A stretch of 64,000 bases of DNA from an uncultured Chloroflexia bacterium (GCA_963716025.1 CAVQSY010000050.1:115632-179631), one strand, 5' to 3'; counted from the first letter of the stretch, positions 39,808 through 50,559 are shown. Program-made: numbers and translations. Notes: a model not told the origin generated them from the sequence alone.

Positions 39808-41007
39808 ATGACCGACACCATCCGTTCTTCCCTGTCACCGCGCCCGCTGCTCGCCGCGGAGCTCCTTGCCATCGGCTCGGAGCTGACCGTCGGCGAGACG
39901 ACCGACACCAACAGTGGTGAGCTGGCCCGTTCGCTGGTTGCCCACGGCGTCCACGTGACGCGCATCGCCGATCTCCCCGACGACCTCCCCGCGGTGGTCG
40001 ACGCCCTGCGGACCGCGCTCACCCGCGCCGACCTCGTGGTCACGACCGGCGGACTTGGCCCCACACCGGATGACCTCACCCGGGAGGCGGTCGCCGAAAC
40101 CTGCGGGGAGTCGGTCTCCGTCGATGAGGGGGTGCTCGACTGGCTCAAGGGACTATGGGCGAAACGGGGCCATCCGTTCCCGTCTGTCAACGTCAAGCAG
40201 GCCTGGACGATCCCGTCCGCGACGAGCCTCCCCAACCCCAACGGGACGGCCCCCGGCTGGCTTGTCGACCGCCCGGACGGCCGCGTCATCGTCACGTTGC
40301 CCGGTCCGCCGCGCGAGATGCGTCCGATGTGGACCGAGCAGGTCCTGCCCCGCCTGGCGGCTCGCGGCGTCGGCGGCGACCTCGTCGTGCGCACCCTCCG
40401 TCTGCATGGGATCGGCGAGTCCCAGGTGGCGGAGGCGCTGGGCGAGGCGATCCTGCGGGCCACGAACCCCGTGGTGGCAACCTACGCGCGGGCCGAGGCG
40501 GTGGACGTGCGGATCAGCGCCAGGCCGGGAAACGGTCGGGGTGCCGACGACCTCGCGGATGAGGCCGAGGCGGCGATCACGGTGGTGCTGGGCAGGTACG
40601 TGTGGGCGCGGGATTCGATGACCTGGGCCGGCGCGATCGACGCGGCGCTCCAGGTCCGCGGCTGGACGCTCGCCACAACTGAGCGAGGGTCCGCGGGTGC
40701 GCTGGTGGCGCTCCTCCGCGGGCTGCCGGGCCTGGCCCACGCCGAGGTTGACAACGATCGATCGGCGGTGGTCGACGCCGTGTCTGTCGCGGGCGACGCC
40801 GAACGCATCCGGGAAGCGACGGGCACCGACGTGGGGTTCGCGATGGCCACCATCGACCGTGAGGCTGACGCCCGGGTCCTGGTCGCGGTGGCGACGCCAT
40901 CCGGAACCCTGAGCGACGAGCGACTCGCCTTCCAGCGCGGCGCGCTGGGTGCGGATCGCGCGGCGATCGCCGCGGCAGCGGTGCTGCTGACAGCCCTCCG
41001 CGCCTAG
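39808..41007 (+). CDS. cinA: CinA family protein (MoCF-biosynthesis-like N-domain plus CinA C-domain)
   Basis: AELLAIGSELTVGETTDTNS, TTGGLGPTPDDLT, TLPGPPREM. The C-terminal domain is divergent (ERGSAG in place of the usual ESCTGG). Confidence 0.8.
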   Translation: MTDTIRSSLSPRPLLAAELLAIGSELTVGETTDTNSGELARSLVAHGVHVTRIADLPDDLPAVVDALRTALTRADLVVTTGGLGPTPDDLTREAVAETCGESVSVDEGVLDWLKGLWAKRGHPFPSVNVKQAWTIPSATSLPNPNGTAPGWLVDRPDGRVIVTLPGPPREMRPMWTEQVLPRLAARGVGGDLVVRTLRLHGIGESQVAEALGEAILRATNPVVATYARAEAVDVRISARPGNGRGADDLADEAEAAITVVLGRYVWARDSMTWAGAIDAALQVRGWTLATTERGSAGALVALLRGLPGLAHAEVDNDRSAVVDAVSVAGDAERIREATGTDVGFAMATIDREADARVLVAVATPSGTLSDERLAFQRGALGADRAAIAAAAVLLTALRA

Positions 41008-42338
41008 CGAGGCGCCGCCCCGGGTGAGAGCACCGCCTGGACGGCGCGGACGAACGGACGGTGCCTGGCCACGCGCGGCCACGCCACCCGGCCAAGCCCG
41101 CCGAACGCCATGTGGGCCCGCACCGCGTCGGCCACCGCAGCGACGAACCCCGGGTGCGCACCGCCGTCGAGCGGATCGAAGCCCTCCTCCCACCAGAGCC
41201 CGAGGACCCGGAGCGTGCCGGTCCGCCGATCGATGCGCGGCTCGATCCTGCCCACGAGGCGGTCCCCGTACAACAGCGGCAGCACGTAGTAGCCCCAGCG
41301 CCGCCTTGCGGCCGGGACATACACCTCCCAGACGTAGTCGAACCCGAACAGCCGGCGGACAAGGTCCCGGTCCCACATCAGCGGATCGAGCGGCGCCAGG
41401 AACGTGACGGCCGCCGGCGAACCTCCGGGCCCGGGCAGCGGACCAGGGTGCCCTTCCGCCGCCACCTCGCGCTCGGCCAGCTCGAGTCGCGCCAGGTCGT
41501 CGGCCACGACGTAGCGCAGCGCCTTGAAGCCCTCGACCTCCACCGGCACGAGGTTCCCCGCTTCCACCAGCTCCGCGTGGAGCGCCCGGCGGCCCGCCGC
41601 CTGGAGCGGGACCCCGTCCTCGACCCCGAGCACCGAGCTGGGTGACGTGCCGTACCACAGCTCCGCGCTGCCGCTGAGGCCCAGCAGTCCATGAGCGCGA
41701 TACCGGGACAGCAGCCGGTGCCGGAACTGGTCCCGCACGAGCGGCCGGTGAGCCAGGGCGTCCGCCGGGAACAGGCGCTCGGCGAGGTCGTACACGCGGC
41801 GGTTCCCCTCCCGGCGGGCGATGCCGAGCACCCCGGCCTCGCCAAGGGCTTCGAGCACCGCACGCACCTGGTTGGTGGGCCGCCAGTACCAGTCGATGGC
41901 CGCCCGCGGTTCGAAGTCCGTGGACGAGAGCGGCCCAGCTGCCCGGATCCGGTCGAGCAGCTCCGCCACCAGCGGTGCGTGCTCGTCGAAGGCACCGCGC
42001 TCGTGCCGGACGCGTGCCCGATCCCACGTCACCCGGTGCCATGGGAGCTCCCCCGCGGGCAGCAAGCTCAAGCCCTTGTTGTCCGCCTCGAACAGCGCTC
42101 GGCGCTCATAGAGGAGCGCGTCGGTCATGTCCCGTCGATACCCGGCCACGCGCGCGAGCAGGACGAGGTCGTGGTTCCTGCCCGCCACCTCGAGCGGGTC
42201 GAACTGGATGCTGCCCAGGCGCTCGAACACCTCGAGCACGCTTGCCTCGCCCGGGGGCAGGGACCGGGGCGGAGCCAGCAGGTGCCGCGCCACGAGGAAC
42301 CGGCGCGCAACCGCCGCCGGGACGCGATACGGGGTCAC
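41004..42338 (-). CDS. winged-helix DNA glycosylase family protein (YcaQ/AlkZ, DUF1006)
   Basis: GTG 42338. C-terminal signature FDYVWEVYVPAARRRWGYYVLPLLYGDRLVGRIEPRIDR. Confidence 0.78.
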   Translation of the reverse strand: MTPYRVPAAVARRFLVARHLLAPPRSLPPGEASVLEVFERLGSIQFDPLEVAGRNHDLVLLARVAGYRRDMTDALLYERRALFEADNKGLSLLPAGELPWHRVTWDRARVRHERGAFDEHAPLVAELLDRIRAAGPLSSTDFEPRAAIDWYWRPTNQVRAVLEALGEAGVLGIARREGNRRVYDLAERLFPADALAHRPLVRDQFRHRLLSRYRAHGLLGLSGSAELWYGTSPSSVLGVEDGVPLQAAGRRALHAELVEAGNLVPVEVEGFKALRYVVADDLARLELAEREVAAEGHPGPLPGPGGSPAAVTFLAPLDPLMWDRDLVRRLFGFDYVWEVYVPAARRRWGYYVLPLLYGDRLVGRIEPRIDRRTGTLRVLGLWWEEGFDPLDGGAHPGFVAAVADAVRAHMAFGGLGRVAWPRVARHRPFVRAVQAVLSPGAAPR

Positions 42339-42351
42339 GGGAGGGCGACGG

Positions 42352-43068
42352 TCAACGGCGGGCGGCGAGCTGCAGCCCAGGCAGGTCGAGCACGACGATC
42401 GCGTCGCGATCCTGCCGGATGAGCCCATCCTCGGCCAGGTAGCCCAGGAGCTTGTTGACGCTCTGGCGGGTGCTGCCGACCATCGCTGCCAGCTCACCCT
42501 GCGTGATCGGCCCCTCGAGCCGGATGTCGCCGCTGGTCCCATCGCTCCCCTGCTCCTCCGCCATCCGTGCGAGGCGGGCCGCGAGGCGCCCGGCGATGTC
42601 GAGGAAGTGGAGCTCCTCCACGTGGTAGGTCAGCCGCCGCAGCTCGCGAGCGAGCTCGGCGAACACGTGATCGCGGATCTCGGGCGAGTCGTTGACCAGC
42701 CGGCGGAACGTGTCCCGAGGCAGGATGAGCGTCTCGGTCACCTCGACAGCGGTTGCGGATGCGGAACGGGGCGCCCCGTCCAGCAGCGCCAGCGAGCCGA
42801 AGAACTCGCCCGGGCGAAGCGTCGTCAGGATCGCCTCCACTCCCGACTCGGACGGGCTCGAGATCTTCACCCGCCCGGAGATGATGATGTGGAGCGAGTC
42901 GCCCGGGTCCCCCTGGTGGAAGATCACCTCGCCACGCCGGTAGCGCCGCGTCCGAAGACTGGCCGCCAGCGTCCCGAGGTCCTGCCGGGACAGGTCCCGA
43001 AACAGGGGCACGCTCTCCAGCATGGCGTGCAGGGCGGCGGGGTCAGACGGGGGGCGGACCTGGCTCAT
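42352..43068 (-). CDS. Crp/Fnr family transcriptional regulator
   Basis: cNMP-binding beta-roll (GEVIFHQGDPGDSLHIIISGRVKI, FGSLALLDG) plus C-terminal HTH (TQGELAAMVGSTRQSVNKLL). Confidence 0.88.
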   Translation of the reverse strand: MSQVRPPSDPAALHAMLESVPLFRDLSRQDLGTLAASLRTRRYRRGEVIFHQGDPGDSLHIIISGRVKISSPSESGVEAILTTLRPGEFFGSLALLDGAPRSASATAVEVTETLILPRDTFRRLVNDSPEIRDHVFAELARELRRLTYHVEELHFLDIAGRLAARLARMAEEQGSDGTSGDIRLEGPITQGELAAMVGSTRQSVNKLLGYLAEDGLIRQDRDAIVVLDLPGLQLAARR

Positions 43069-43151
43069 GGAGCGGCAATCCTACTCGGCGGCAACCGGCG
43101 GGACGGTGGCCCGACCGGCGCGCACCGGCCGACCGACGCGGGTGGGAACGC

Positions 43152-44228
43152 TCAGGAGACCGAGAGGACTGGCGCCTGGGCGGTCGCGGCCCGGATGCTC
43201 ATCCGCGCTGCCACCAGCTTGGCCACGGTCTCCATTGCCTGCGCGGCGGGGCCGGGTTCCCGTTGGGCGACAGCCGGCACGCCCGCGTCGCCGCCCTGGC
43301 GGACGGTGATGTCCAGCGGCACCTTGCCCAGGAACTCCACGCCGTGCTGCTCGGCGAAGCGTTCGCCGCCACCGTGCCCGAAGATCTCGGTCGTCTCGCC
43401 GCAGTGAGGGCACACGAACGCGCTCATGTTCTCGACCAGCCCGATGATCGGGACGTTGAGCCGGCGAAGCATGGACAGGGCCTTCGCCACGTCCGACAGC
43501 GCGACCTCCTGGGGGGTGGTCACCAAGACGGTCCCGCTGATCGGAACCGCCTGCGCGAGGGTCAGCTGGGCATCGGACGTGCCCGGCGGCAGGTCCACGA
43601 CGAGGTAGTCCAGCTCGCCCCATTCGACATCGCGCAGGAACTGGCTGATCGCCCCGCCGATGAGTGGGCCGCGCCAGACGATGGGCTGGCCCTCGGGCAC
43701 GAAGAACTGGATGGAGATGGCCTTCACGCCGTGGCGCTCGAGCGGCACGATCTTGTTGTTCTCGCTCGCCTGGGGCTGCCCGTCGAGCCCGAGCATCATC
43801 GGGATGTTGGGTCCGGTGATGTCGGCGTCGAGGAGGCCGACCGAGGCTCCGGCCTTGGCGAGCGCGACGGCGAGATTGACGGACACGGTGCTCTTGCCCA
43901 CGCCACCCTTGCCCGACGCAACGGCGATCACGTTCTTGACGCCCGGCACCAGCTGCTCCGCGGTGCGCGGCGTGGCGCGCCGGACCGTGGCACCCCAGGC
44001 GACGCCCAGCTCCTCCACCCCGAGCGGCATCAGCGCCCGGCGGACTTCGGCCTCGATCTGGTCCTTGAGCGGACAGGCGGGCGTGGTCAGCTCGATGGTG
44101 AACGCCACCTTGGCGCCGTTGATCACGAGATCCCGGATCATGTTCCGGCTCACCAGGTCGCCGCCGAGCTCGGGTTCCTGGACGGTGCTCAGGGCGGCGA
44201 GGACGTCGGACTCGGTGATGGCGCTCAT
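43152..44228 (-). CDS. Mrp/NBP35/ApbC Fe-S cluster carrier ATPase
   Basis: ATG 44228. N-terminal DUF59-like domain (TTPACPLKD). Deviant Walker A VASGKGGVGKST. CPHCG motif. Confidence 0.9.
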   Translation of the reverse strand: MSAITESDVLAALSTVQEPELGGDLVSRNMIRDLVINGAKVAFTIELTTPACPLKDQIEAEVRRALMPLGVEELGVAWGATVRRATPRTAEQLVPGVKNVIAVASGKGGVGKSTVSVNLAVALAKAGASVGLLDADITGPNIPMMLGLDGQPQASENNKIVPLERHGVKAISIQFFVPEGQPIVWRGPLIGGAISQFLRDVEWGELDYLVVDLPPGTSDAQLTLAQAVPISGTVLVTTPQEVALSDVAKALSMLRRLNVPIIGLVENMSAFVCPHCGETTEIFGHGGGERFAEQHGVEFLGKVPLDITVRQGGDAGVPAVAQREPGPAAQAMETVAKLVAARMSIRAATAQAPVLSVS

Positions 44229-44488
44229 GAGAATTCGGCTGGCTCCTTGCGGACGGGTCGCCCGGGGATTATCGGCGCGCGGGCTGCCGATATCGTACCC
44301 GCGTGGCGCCCGGGATGCCTCCGGCGCCATCGTGCGGCTCGCGGGCACACGCCACGCCGGGTGACCCGCACCGATCCGGCTCCCCGCGAGGTGAGTCGGC
44401 ACGGAACCTGCGATTCGGTCACAAGCCCGAACCCGGAGGGTGCGAGATTCGAAGCCTCCGCGCTGCCGTGTCCCATCTCTTCGCGGAT

Positions 44489-44517
44489 TTGACACCACCT
44501 TTCCCCGCTTCTATCGT
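44489..44517 (+). promoter_or_regulatory. sigma70-like promoter candidate for the pot operon (TTGACA-17-TATCGT)
   Basis: Hexamers at 44489-44494 and 44512-44517, about 95 nt upstream of the potA GTG. Confidence 0.3.
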
Positions 44518-44611
44518 TCGGGCGCCGACGTGCTGCGCGTGCACCGTCCACACGCACCCCAGGTCCGCCTGGGACAGCCGTCCCGTAGCCGAGGAGGAGC
44601 AGGCTGCGCCC

Positions 44612-45745
44612 GTGACTGACGTTGACGTTCGTCTCGTCGATGTCGCCAAGCTGTATGGCGACGTCGCCGCCGTGGATCACATCGACCTCGAGGTGGCCAA
44701 CGGCGAGTTCTTCAGCCTCCTTGGCCCATCCGGCTGCGGGAAGACCACGACGCTGCGGATGATCGGCGGGTTCGAGCAGCCCACGTCCGGACTGATCGAG
44801 CTCCAGGGCCAGGACGTCACGTGGCTCCCGCCGTACCGGCGGAACGTCAACACCGTCTTCCAGAGCTACGCCCTGTTCCCTCATCTCACGATCTACGAGA
44901 ACGTGGCCTTCGGGCTGCGCCGGACGCACGTCAAGGACTCGGAGATCCGGTCGCGGGTCACCCAGATGCTGGAGCTGGTCGAGCTGCCGGGCTTCGAGAA
45001 GCGCAGGCCCACCCAGATCTCGGGTGGGCAGGCACAGCGCGTGGCGCTGGCGCGGGCCCTGATCAACCGGCCGGCCGTGCTCCTCCTGGACGAACCCCTT
45101 GGCGCCCTGGACCTCAAGTTGCGCAAGCAGATGCAGGTGGAGCTCAAGCGGATCCAGCAGGAGGTCGGGATCACGTTCATCTACGTGACCCATGACCAGG
45201 AGGAGGCGATGACGATGTCCAATCGAATCGCCGTGATGAACAAGGGACGGTACGAGCAGCTGGGCGACCCGGAGACGCTGTACGAGCATCCCGAGACGCG
45301 ATTCGTGGCCGGGTTCCTGGGCGTGAGCAACCTGCTCGGAGGCGAGTGCCAGGGGACCGACGACGGCCAGGGGATCATCCGCCTCAAGGACGACACCGTC
45401 GTCCGGGCTCCCGCCGCAGCGGTCTACGGCCGCACGACGGTCGACGTGGGCGTGCGACCGGAGAAGATCCGGCTGCACAAGCATGGCGATCCGACACCGG
45501 CCGGTCACAACCACCTCGACGGACGGGTCGTCGACACCTCGTACCTGGGCGTCAGCACCCAGTACATCGTCCAGACGCGCGGCGGGGCCCGGGTCATGGT
45601 CTACGAGCAGAACATCGAGCACGCGACCAAGGACGAGCTCTGGGCTCGCGGCGACGAGGTCCACATCACGTGGACGCCGGAGCACACCTTTGTCGTAGAA
45701 GCCAGCGGTGGGTCGGCCGGGGACGCCGCCGACGACGCCGCCTGA
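44612..45745 (+). CDS. potA: spermidine/putrescine ABC transporter ATP-binding protein
   Basis: GAGGAGGAG precedes GTG 44612. [29 protein letters not shown]-terminal TOBE-like domain. Confidence 0.9.
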   Translation: MTDVDVRLVDVAKLYGDVAAVDHIDLEVANGEFFSLLGPSGCGKTTTLRMIGGFEQPTSGLIELQGQDVTWLPPYRRNVNTVFQSYALFPHLTIYENVAFGLRRTHVKDSEIRSRVTQMLELVELPGFEKRRPTQISGGQAQRVALARALINRPAVLLLDEPLGALDLKLRKQMQVELKRIQQEVGITFIYVTHDQEEAMTMSNRIAVMNKGRYEQLGDPETLYEHPETRFVAGFLGVSNLLGGECQGTDDGQGIIRLKDDTVVRAPAAAVYGRTTVDVGVRPEKIRLHKHGDPTPAGHNHLDGRVVDTSYLGVSTQYIVQTRGGARVMVYEQNIEHATKDELWARGDEVHITWTPEHTFVVEASGGSAGDAADDAA

Positions 45746-45770
45746 CCGGGGACCACTGGAGGAGCCACCC

Positions 45771-47024
45771 ATGGACCGAACATCCGTTGCTACGACCCTC
45801 GTCAGCCGCCGGCACGTGCTCGCCGGCTCCGCGCTGGGCGGGTTCGCCGTGTTCCTGGCGGCGTGCGGCACCAAGCCGGCGGCCACCCCGGAGCCGACCA
45901 CCGCGCCGCCCGCCAGCACGGGCCCCGTTGCCACGCTGGAGCCAGGGGCCAGCCCCACCGAGGCACCGCCCGCGACCCCCGCGCCGCAGCCGGATGCCGA
46001 GGTCAACTGGGCGAACTGGACCTACTACATCGACGTCGACGACGACGATCCGAACCTGCACCCGACGCTGGAGGCGTTCACCGACCAGTACGGCACGGTC
46101 GTCAACTACAGCGAGATCGTCGACGACAACGAGGACTTCTTCGGCAAGATCCAGCCCGCGCTTCAGGGCGGCGCCGACACCGGCTGGGACATCATCACCC
46201 TGACCGACTGGATGGCCGCCAAGCTGATCCGCCTGGGCTGGGTCGAGACGATGGACCTCGGCAACATGCCGAACTTCACCGCCAACCTGGTGGACACCTA
46301 CAAGGGCGTCAACTGGGATCCCGATGGGAACAAGCATGTTCCCTGGCAGTCGGGCATGACCGGCATGGGCTTCGACCCCAAGAAGACCGGCGACCTGACC
46401 AGCCTGGCCGCCCTGTTCACGGTCGACTCCCGCTGGAAGGGCAAGGTGGACTACCTGACCGAGATGCGGGATGCCGTCGGCCTGGCCATGCTTCACCTCG
46501 GCCTCGACCCCGCGAATCCCACCCGCGAGGCCTGCGACCAGGCCGTTGCCGTGCTCCAGCAGGCGCGCGACAAGGGCATCCTCCGGGCCTTCCGCGGCAA
46601 CGCCTACGCGCAGGACCTCGCACGGGGCAACGTCGTGCTGTCCATGGCGTGGTCGGGTGACATGATCCAGCTCCTGATCGACAAGCCGGGCCTCAAGTTC
46701 GTCATCGCGGACGAGGGCGGTACGCTCTGGACGGACAACAGCATGATCCCCAAGGGGGCTGTCCACAAGTACACCGCCGAGCTCCTCCTCGACTGGTACT
46801 ACCAGCCCGACATCGCCGCCGAGGTCACGGCCTACGTCAACTACATCTGTCCCGTGAAGGGCACCGCCGAGATCCTGATGGCCGAGGACCCCGACATCGC
46901 GGGCAACCCGCTCATCTTCCCGACCCCCGATATGCAGGCGCGCCTGCACATCTTCGGCGGCCTGTCCGAAGAGGACGAGCAGTACTTCAACCAGCAGTTC
47001 GCCAAGGTGACCGGCAAGGGCTGA
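45771..47024 (+). CDS. potD: polyamine ABC transporter substrate-binding protein (PotD/PotF-like) with a Tat-type lipoprotein signal
   Basis: GGAGGA precedes ATG 45771. SRRHVLAGSALGGFAVFLAACG is twin-Arg plus lipobox. PotD-like body. Confidence 0.85.
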   Translation: MDRTSVATTLVSRRHVLAGSALGGFAVFLAACGTKPAATPEPTTAPPASTGPVATLEPGASPTEAPPATPAPQPDAEVNWANWTYYIDVDDDDPNLHPTLEAFTDQYGTVVNYSEIVDDNEDFFGKIQPALQGGADTGWDIITLTDWMAAKLIRLGWVETMDLGNMPNFTANLVDTYKGVNWDPDGNKHVPWQSGMTGMGFDPKKTGDLTSLAALFTVDSRWKGKVDYLTEMRDAVGLAMLHLGLDPANPTREACDQAVAVLQQARDKGILRAFRGNAYAQDLARGNVVLSMAWSGDMIQLLIDKPGLKFVIADEGGTLWTDNSMIPKGAVHKYTAELLLDWYYQPDIAAEVTAYVNYICPVKGTAEILMAEDPDIAGNPLIFPTPDMQARLHIFGGLSEEDEQYFNQQFAKVTGKG

Positions 47025-47070
47025 GCCCGGGCCCGCCACCGCCTCGAAGTCCGGAGGACCTGGCCGCTCG

Positions 47071-48090
47071 ATGGGGACCCTGCTCAAGCGCCGCCCCTGG
47101 ATCGCGCCCGTCGCGCTGCTGGCGCCCGGCATCCTGTGGCTGCTCATCTTCTACGTGTACCCAGCCCTCCAGATGTTCCAGTCGAGCCTGTGGAGCGGCT
47201 CGCTTGAGAAGGGCTTCGAGTTCTCGTTCGACAACTACACCAACTACACCCAGGCGCTCGAGGACTACGCGCCGATCTACCTGCGCTCGATCATGTATGC
47301 GGCGGCGGCCACGGTGCTCACGGCGCTGATCGCCTACCCGCTCGCGTTCACCATGGCCTTCAAGGCCGGCCGCTGGAAGTACCTGCTGCTGTTCCTGGTG
47401 GTCGCCCCGTTCTTCACCAGCTTCCTGCTGCGCACCATCAGTTGGACGATCCTGCTGGCCGACGACTCGCCGATCCTGCAGGTGATCCACCTGATCCCCG
47501 GCGTCCCGGAGGAGTTCCGGCTGCTCGCGACACCGATCGCCGTCATCTCGGGAATCACCTACGCGTTCCTCCCGTTCATGACGCTGCCCATCTACGTCGC
47601 GCTCGAGAAGGTGGACGTCCGGCTGGTCGAGGCGGCCCGAGACCTGTACGCCGGACCCTGGCGGCCTGGTGGGGCGATCGCGGGCTTCATCGTGGGCGGT
47701 GGCCTGGCACTGGTGCTGGGGGTGGCCTTCGGGTGGGACTGGCTGCTGACGGGGCTGGCCGGCGGGGTCGGCGGCGCGGTGGTGGGCTGGCTGTTCATCT
47801 CCGAGGCGTTCGTCAGGGTCGTCTTCCCCCTGTCGCTGCCCGGGGTGTTCGCTGGCTCGCTGCTCACAGCCATCCCGGCCATCGGTGACTACGTCAACGC
47901 CGAGCTGCTGGGCAACCCGGACACGAACATGATCGGCAACGTCATCCAGAACAAGTTCCTCACCCAGAACGACTACCCGGCGGCTGCGGCCCTGTCGTTC
48001 ATGCTCATGGCGGGCGTCCTGGTGGTGGTCGCGGTCTACGCCCGGATCCTGGGCACCGAGGAGCTCTCGGCCAGCGCGGGCCGGATCTGA
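47071..48090 (+). CDS. potB: polyamine ABC transporter permease
   Basis: 339 aa, multi-TM. EAA-type loop EAARDLYAGPW. Confidence 0.85.
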   Translation: MGTLLKRRPWIAPVALLAPGILWLLIFYVYPALQMFQSSLWSGSLEKGFEFSFDNYTNYTQALEDYAPIYLRSIMYAAAATVLTALIAYPLAFTMAFKAGRWKYLLLFLVVAPFFTSFLLRTISWTILLADDSPILQVIHLIPGVPEEFRLLATPIAVISGITYAFLPFMTLPIYVALEKVDVRLVEAARDLYAGPWRPGGAIAGFIVGGGLALVLGVAFGWDWLLTGLAGGVGGAVVGWLFISEAFVRVVFPLSLPGVFAGSLLTAIPAIGDYVNAELLGNPDTNMIGNVIQNKFLTQNDYPAAAALSFMLMAGVLVVVAVYARILGTEELSASAGRI

Positions 48091-48941
48091 TGGCCGTCGC
48101 CACCGCCACGCCTGGCGCCCAGACCACCCGCCCTCGCCGCCAACTGCTGGGCCGGCTCGTCGACCGGTACCTGCTGGTCGTCTACACGCTGCTGGCGATC
48201 ATCTACCTGATGATGCCCGTCGCGGTCATCATCCTGTTCAGCTTCAACGATCCGACCGGGCGCACCAACTACACCTGGGTCGGCTTCACGCTCAAGTACT
48301 GGCTGAACCCGTTCGGCGTCGCGGGCCTGTTCGAGGCCGTCGGCCTGAGCATCCTGATCGCGACGTTGTCCACGCTGATCTCGACCGCGCTCGGCACGCT
48401 GGTGGCCATCGCGCTCGAGCGCTACCGGTTCCGCGGCCGCGCCCCGATCAACTCGCTGATCTTCCTGCCGATGGCGACACCCGAGATCATCATGGGCGCC
48501 TCGCTGCTGACGCTGTTCGTGTCCCTCGGCACCGAGCCGTTCTTCCCGCTCAACTTCACGACGATCCTGATCGCCCACGTCATGTTCAACATCAGCTTCG
48601 TGGTCGTGACCGTGCGCGCCCGGCTGGCCGGGTTCCCGCGCCACCTCGAGGAGGCGGCCGCCGACCTGTACGCCAACGAATGGCACACGTTCTGGAAGGT
48701 GACCTTCCCGCTGATCCTGCCGGGCATCGTCGCGGCCGCCATGCTCGCGTTCAGCCTCTCGATCGACGACTTCGTGATCACCAACTTCACGGCCGGCAAG
48801 ACGCAGACCTTCCCGATGTATATCTACGCCAAGTCCCGGATCGGCATCCCGGTCCAGGTCAACGTCATCGGCACCGCGATCTTCCTGATCGCCGTGGGTG
48901 CCGTGCTGCTCACCACGCTGTCGGGACGCCGCCGCCGCTGA
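48090..48941 (+). CDS. potC: polyamine ABC transporter permease
   Basis: 283 aa. EAA loop EAAADLYANEWHTFWKVTFP. The start overlaps the potB stop by 1 nt. Confidence 0.85.
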   Translation: MAVATATPGAQTTRPRRQLLGRLVDRYLLVVYTLLAIIYLMMPVAVIILFSFNDPTGRTNYTWVGFTLKYWLNPFGVAGLFEAVGLSILIATLSTLISTALGTLVAIALERYRFRGRAPINSLIFLPMATPEIIMGASLLTLFVSLGTEPFFPLNFTTILIAHVMFNISFVVVTVRARLAGFPRHLEEAAADLYANEWHTFWKVTFPLILPGIVAAAMLAFSLSIDDFVITNFTAGKTQTFPMYIYAKSRIGIPVQVNVIGTAIFLIAVGAVLLTTLSGRRRR

Positions 48942-48949
48942 GGACCCCA

Positions 48950-50272
48950 ATGACCACGACCATTCCGCCCACGGACCGTACCGCCACCCTCCCCGACCGG
49001 TCCGTGATCCCCCCGGTGTGGGGTCGGATCACCAACCTCGTCGTCGACCACGGCGAGGGATCGTGGCTGGTGACCCCCGAGGGCGATCGCTACCTCGACT
49101 ACACGTCGGGCATCGGGGTCACCAACACGGGTCACGCCCATCCGCGCGTCGTGGCGGCGATCCAGGCGCAGGCGTCGAAGCTCATCCACGGCCAGCAGAA
49201 CATCGTCTACCACGAGGCCGGCCTGCGGCTCTACGAGCGACTCTCGCGCCTGCTGCCGGGCGGGCCGTGGAGCGCGTTCCTGTCCAACTCCGGCGCGGAG
49301 GCCGTCGAAGCCGCGGTCAAGCTCGCCCGGGTGGCCACCGGCCGGCCGGTCATCATCGGGTTCCGGTACGCCTTCCACGGCCGGATCGGCAATGCGATGG
49401 CGCTCACGGCCGCCAAAGACGTGTACCGGGCTGCCTTCGAACCGCTGCCAGGGTCGATCTACCACACCGCCTACCCGTACTGCTACCGGGCGGCGGGCGG
49501 GGCCCACGACCCGTCGGCATGCACCTGCGACTGGGAGGAGCAGCTCGACCTGCTGTTCCACCAGATGGTCTACCCCGAGCGGGTGGCGGCGATCATCGTG
49601 GAGCCGGTGATCGGCGAGGGCGGCTACCTCGTGCCGCCCCCCGACTTCCTGCCGCGGCTCCGGGAGCTGACCCGCCGGCACGGGATCCTGCTCATCGCCG
49701 ACGAGGTCCAGACGGGGTTCGGGCGCACGGGCGAGCTGTTCGCCGTCCGCCACTGGGACGTGGAGCCAGACATCCTGGTGATGGCCAAGGGCATTGCCTC
49801 CGGGCTGCCCCTGTCGGGGATCCTTGCGCGCACGGAGCTGATGGACCGGTTCGCGCCCGGGACGCACGGCGGCACCTATGGCGGCAATGTCGTCTCCTGC
49901 GCGGCCGCCCTGGCCACGCTCGATGTCATCGAGGAGGAGGGGCTGGTCGCCAACGCGCGTGCGCGGGGAGCCCAGTTCCTGGCCGGGTTGCAGGCGCTCG
50001 TCGCGACGCACCCGGCCATCGGCGAGGTGCGAGGCCTGGGCCTGATGCTCGCGATGGAGTTCGTCAGGCCGGGCGAGGGCGATGGCCGGGTCCCGGATGC
50101 CGCGCTGACCAAGCGCGTGCAGCAAGAGTGCTTCGCGCGCCGGCTGCTGGTGCTGACGGCCGGGACGTCAGTGAACGTGGTCAGGATCATCCCGCCGCTG
50201 GTCACCACCGCCGACGAGGTGGACCTCGCGCTGGGCATCATCGGCGAGGCGCTGGACGCCGCCGGCGCGTAG
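48950..50272 (+). CDS. class III (omega) aminotransferase, GABA/putrescine aminotransferase-like
   Basis: ATG 48950. SNSGAEAVEAAVKLAR, IADEVQTGFGRTG, and PLP lysine in VMAKGIASG. Confidence 0.88.
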   Translation: MTTTIPPTDRTATLPDRSVIPPVWGRITNLVVDHGEGSWLVTPEGDRYLDYTSGIGVTNTGHAHPRVVAAIQAQASKLIHGQQNIVYHEAGLRLYERLSRLLPGGPWSAFLSNSGAEAVEAAVKLARVATGRPVIIGFRYAFHGRIGNAMALTAAKDVYRAAFEPLPGSIYHTAYPYCYRAAGGAHDPSACTCDWEEQLDLLFHQMVYPERVAAIIVEPVIGEGGYLVPPPDFLPRLRELTRRHGILLIADEVQTGFGRTGELFAVRHWDVEPDILVMAKGIASGLPLSGILARTELMDRFAPGTHGGTYGGNVVSCAAALATLDVIEEEGLVANARARGAQFLAGLQALVATHPAIGEVRGLGLMLAMEFVRPGEGDGRVPDAALTKRVQQECFARRLLVLTAGTSVNVVRIIPPLVTTADEVDLALGIIGEALDAAGA

Positions 50273-50277
50273 GCGCC

Positions 50278-50559
50278 TCAGGGGTGGCAGACGCCGGCCT
50301 CGAAGAGGGCGGCCAATGCATCGGCCGCCTGCTCCGCGTCCACGCCCTCGGCGTGGATCCGCAGCCGTGTTCCCGGTGGGATGGCCGCGCTGATCAGGGC
50401 GAGCATGCTGCCGGCATCCACGGTGCGGCCGCTCGCCGGATCCTCGATCGTGACGCGCGCGTCGCGGCCGGCCAGCGCCTCCTGGATACGGTGCGCGGAT
50501 CTGGGATGGAGACCATAGCGGTCACGGAAGGTCGCGTCCCGGGTGATCAACTGGGCCAC
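50278..50559 (-). CDS. HPr-family phosphocarrier-like protein (second copy, divergent)
   Basis: AAGGAG lies 6 nt before GTG 50559. 93 aa. Active-site-like YGLHPRSAH (canonical GLHARPA) and VDAGSMLALI (Ser46-like region). Last gene of the IIA-IIB-IIC string. Confidence 0.65.
   Translation of the reverse strand: MAQLITRDATFRDRYGLHPRSAHRIQEALAGRDARVTIEDPASGRTVDAGSMLALISAAIPPGTRLRIHAEGVDAEQAADALAALFEAGVCHP

Noticed and set aside
40153-42042. 629-aa minus-strand ORF spanning cinA and ycaQ
   Set aside because: Off-frame shadow ORF. The cinA (+) and ycaQ (-) frames carry the family signatures.
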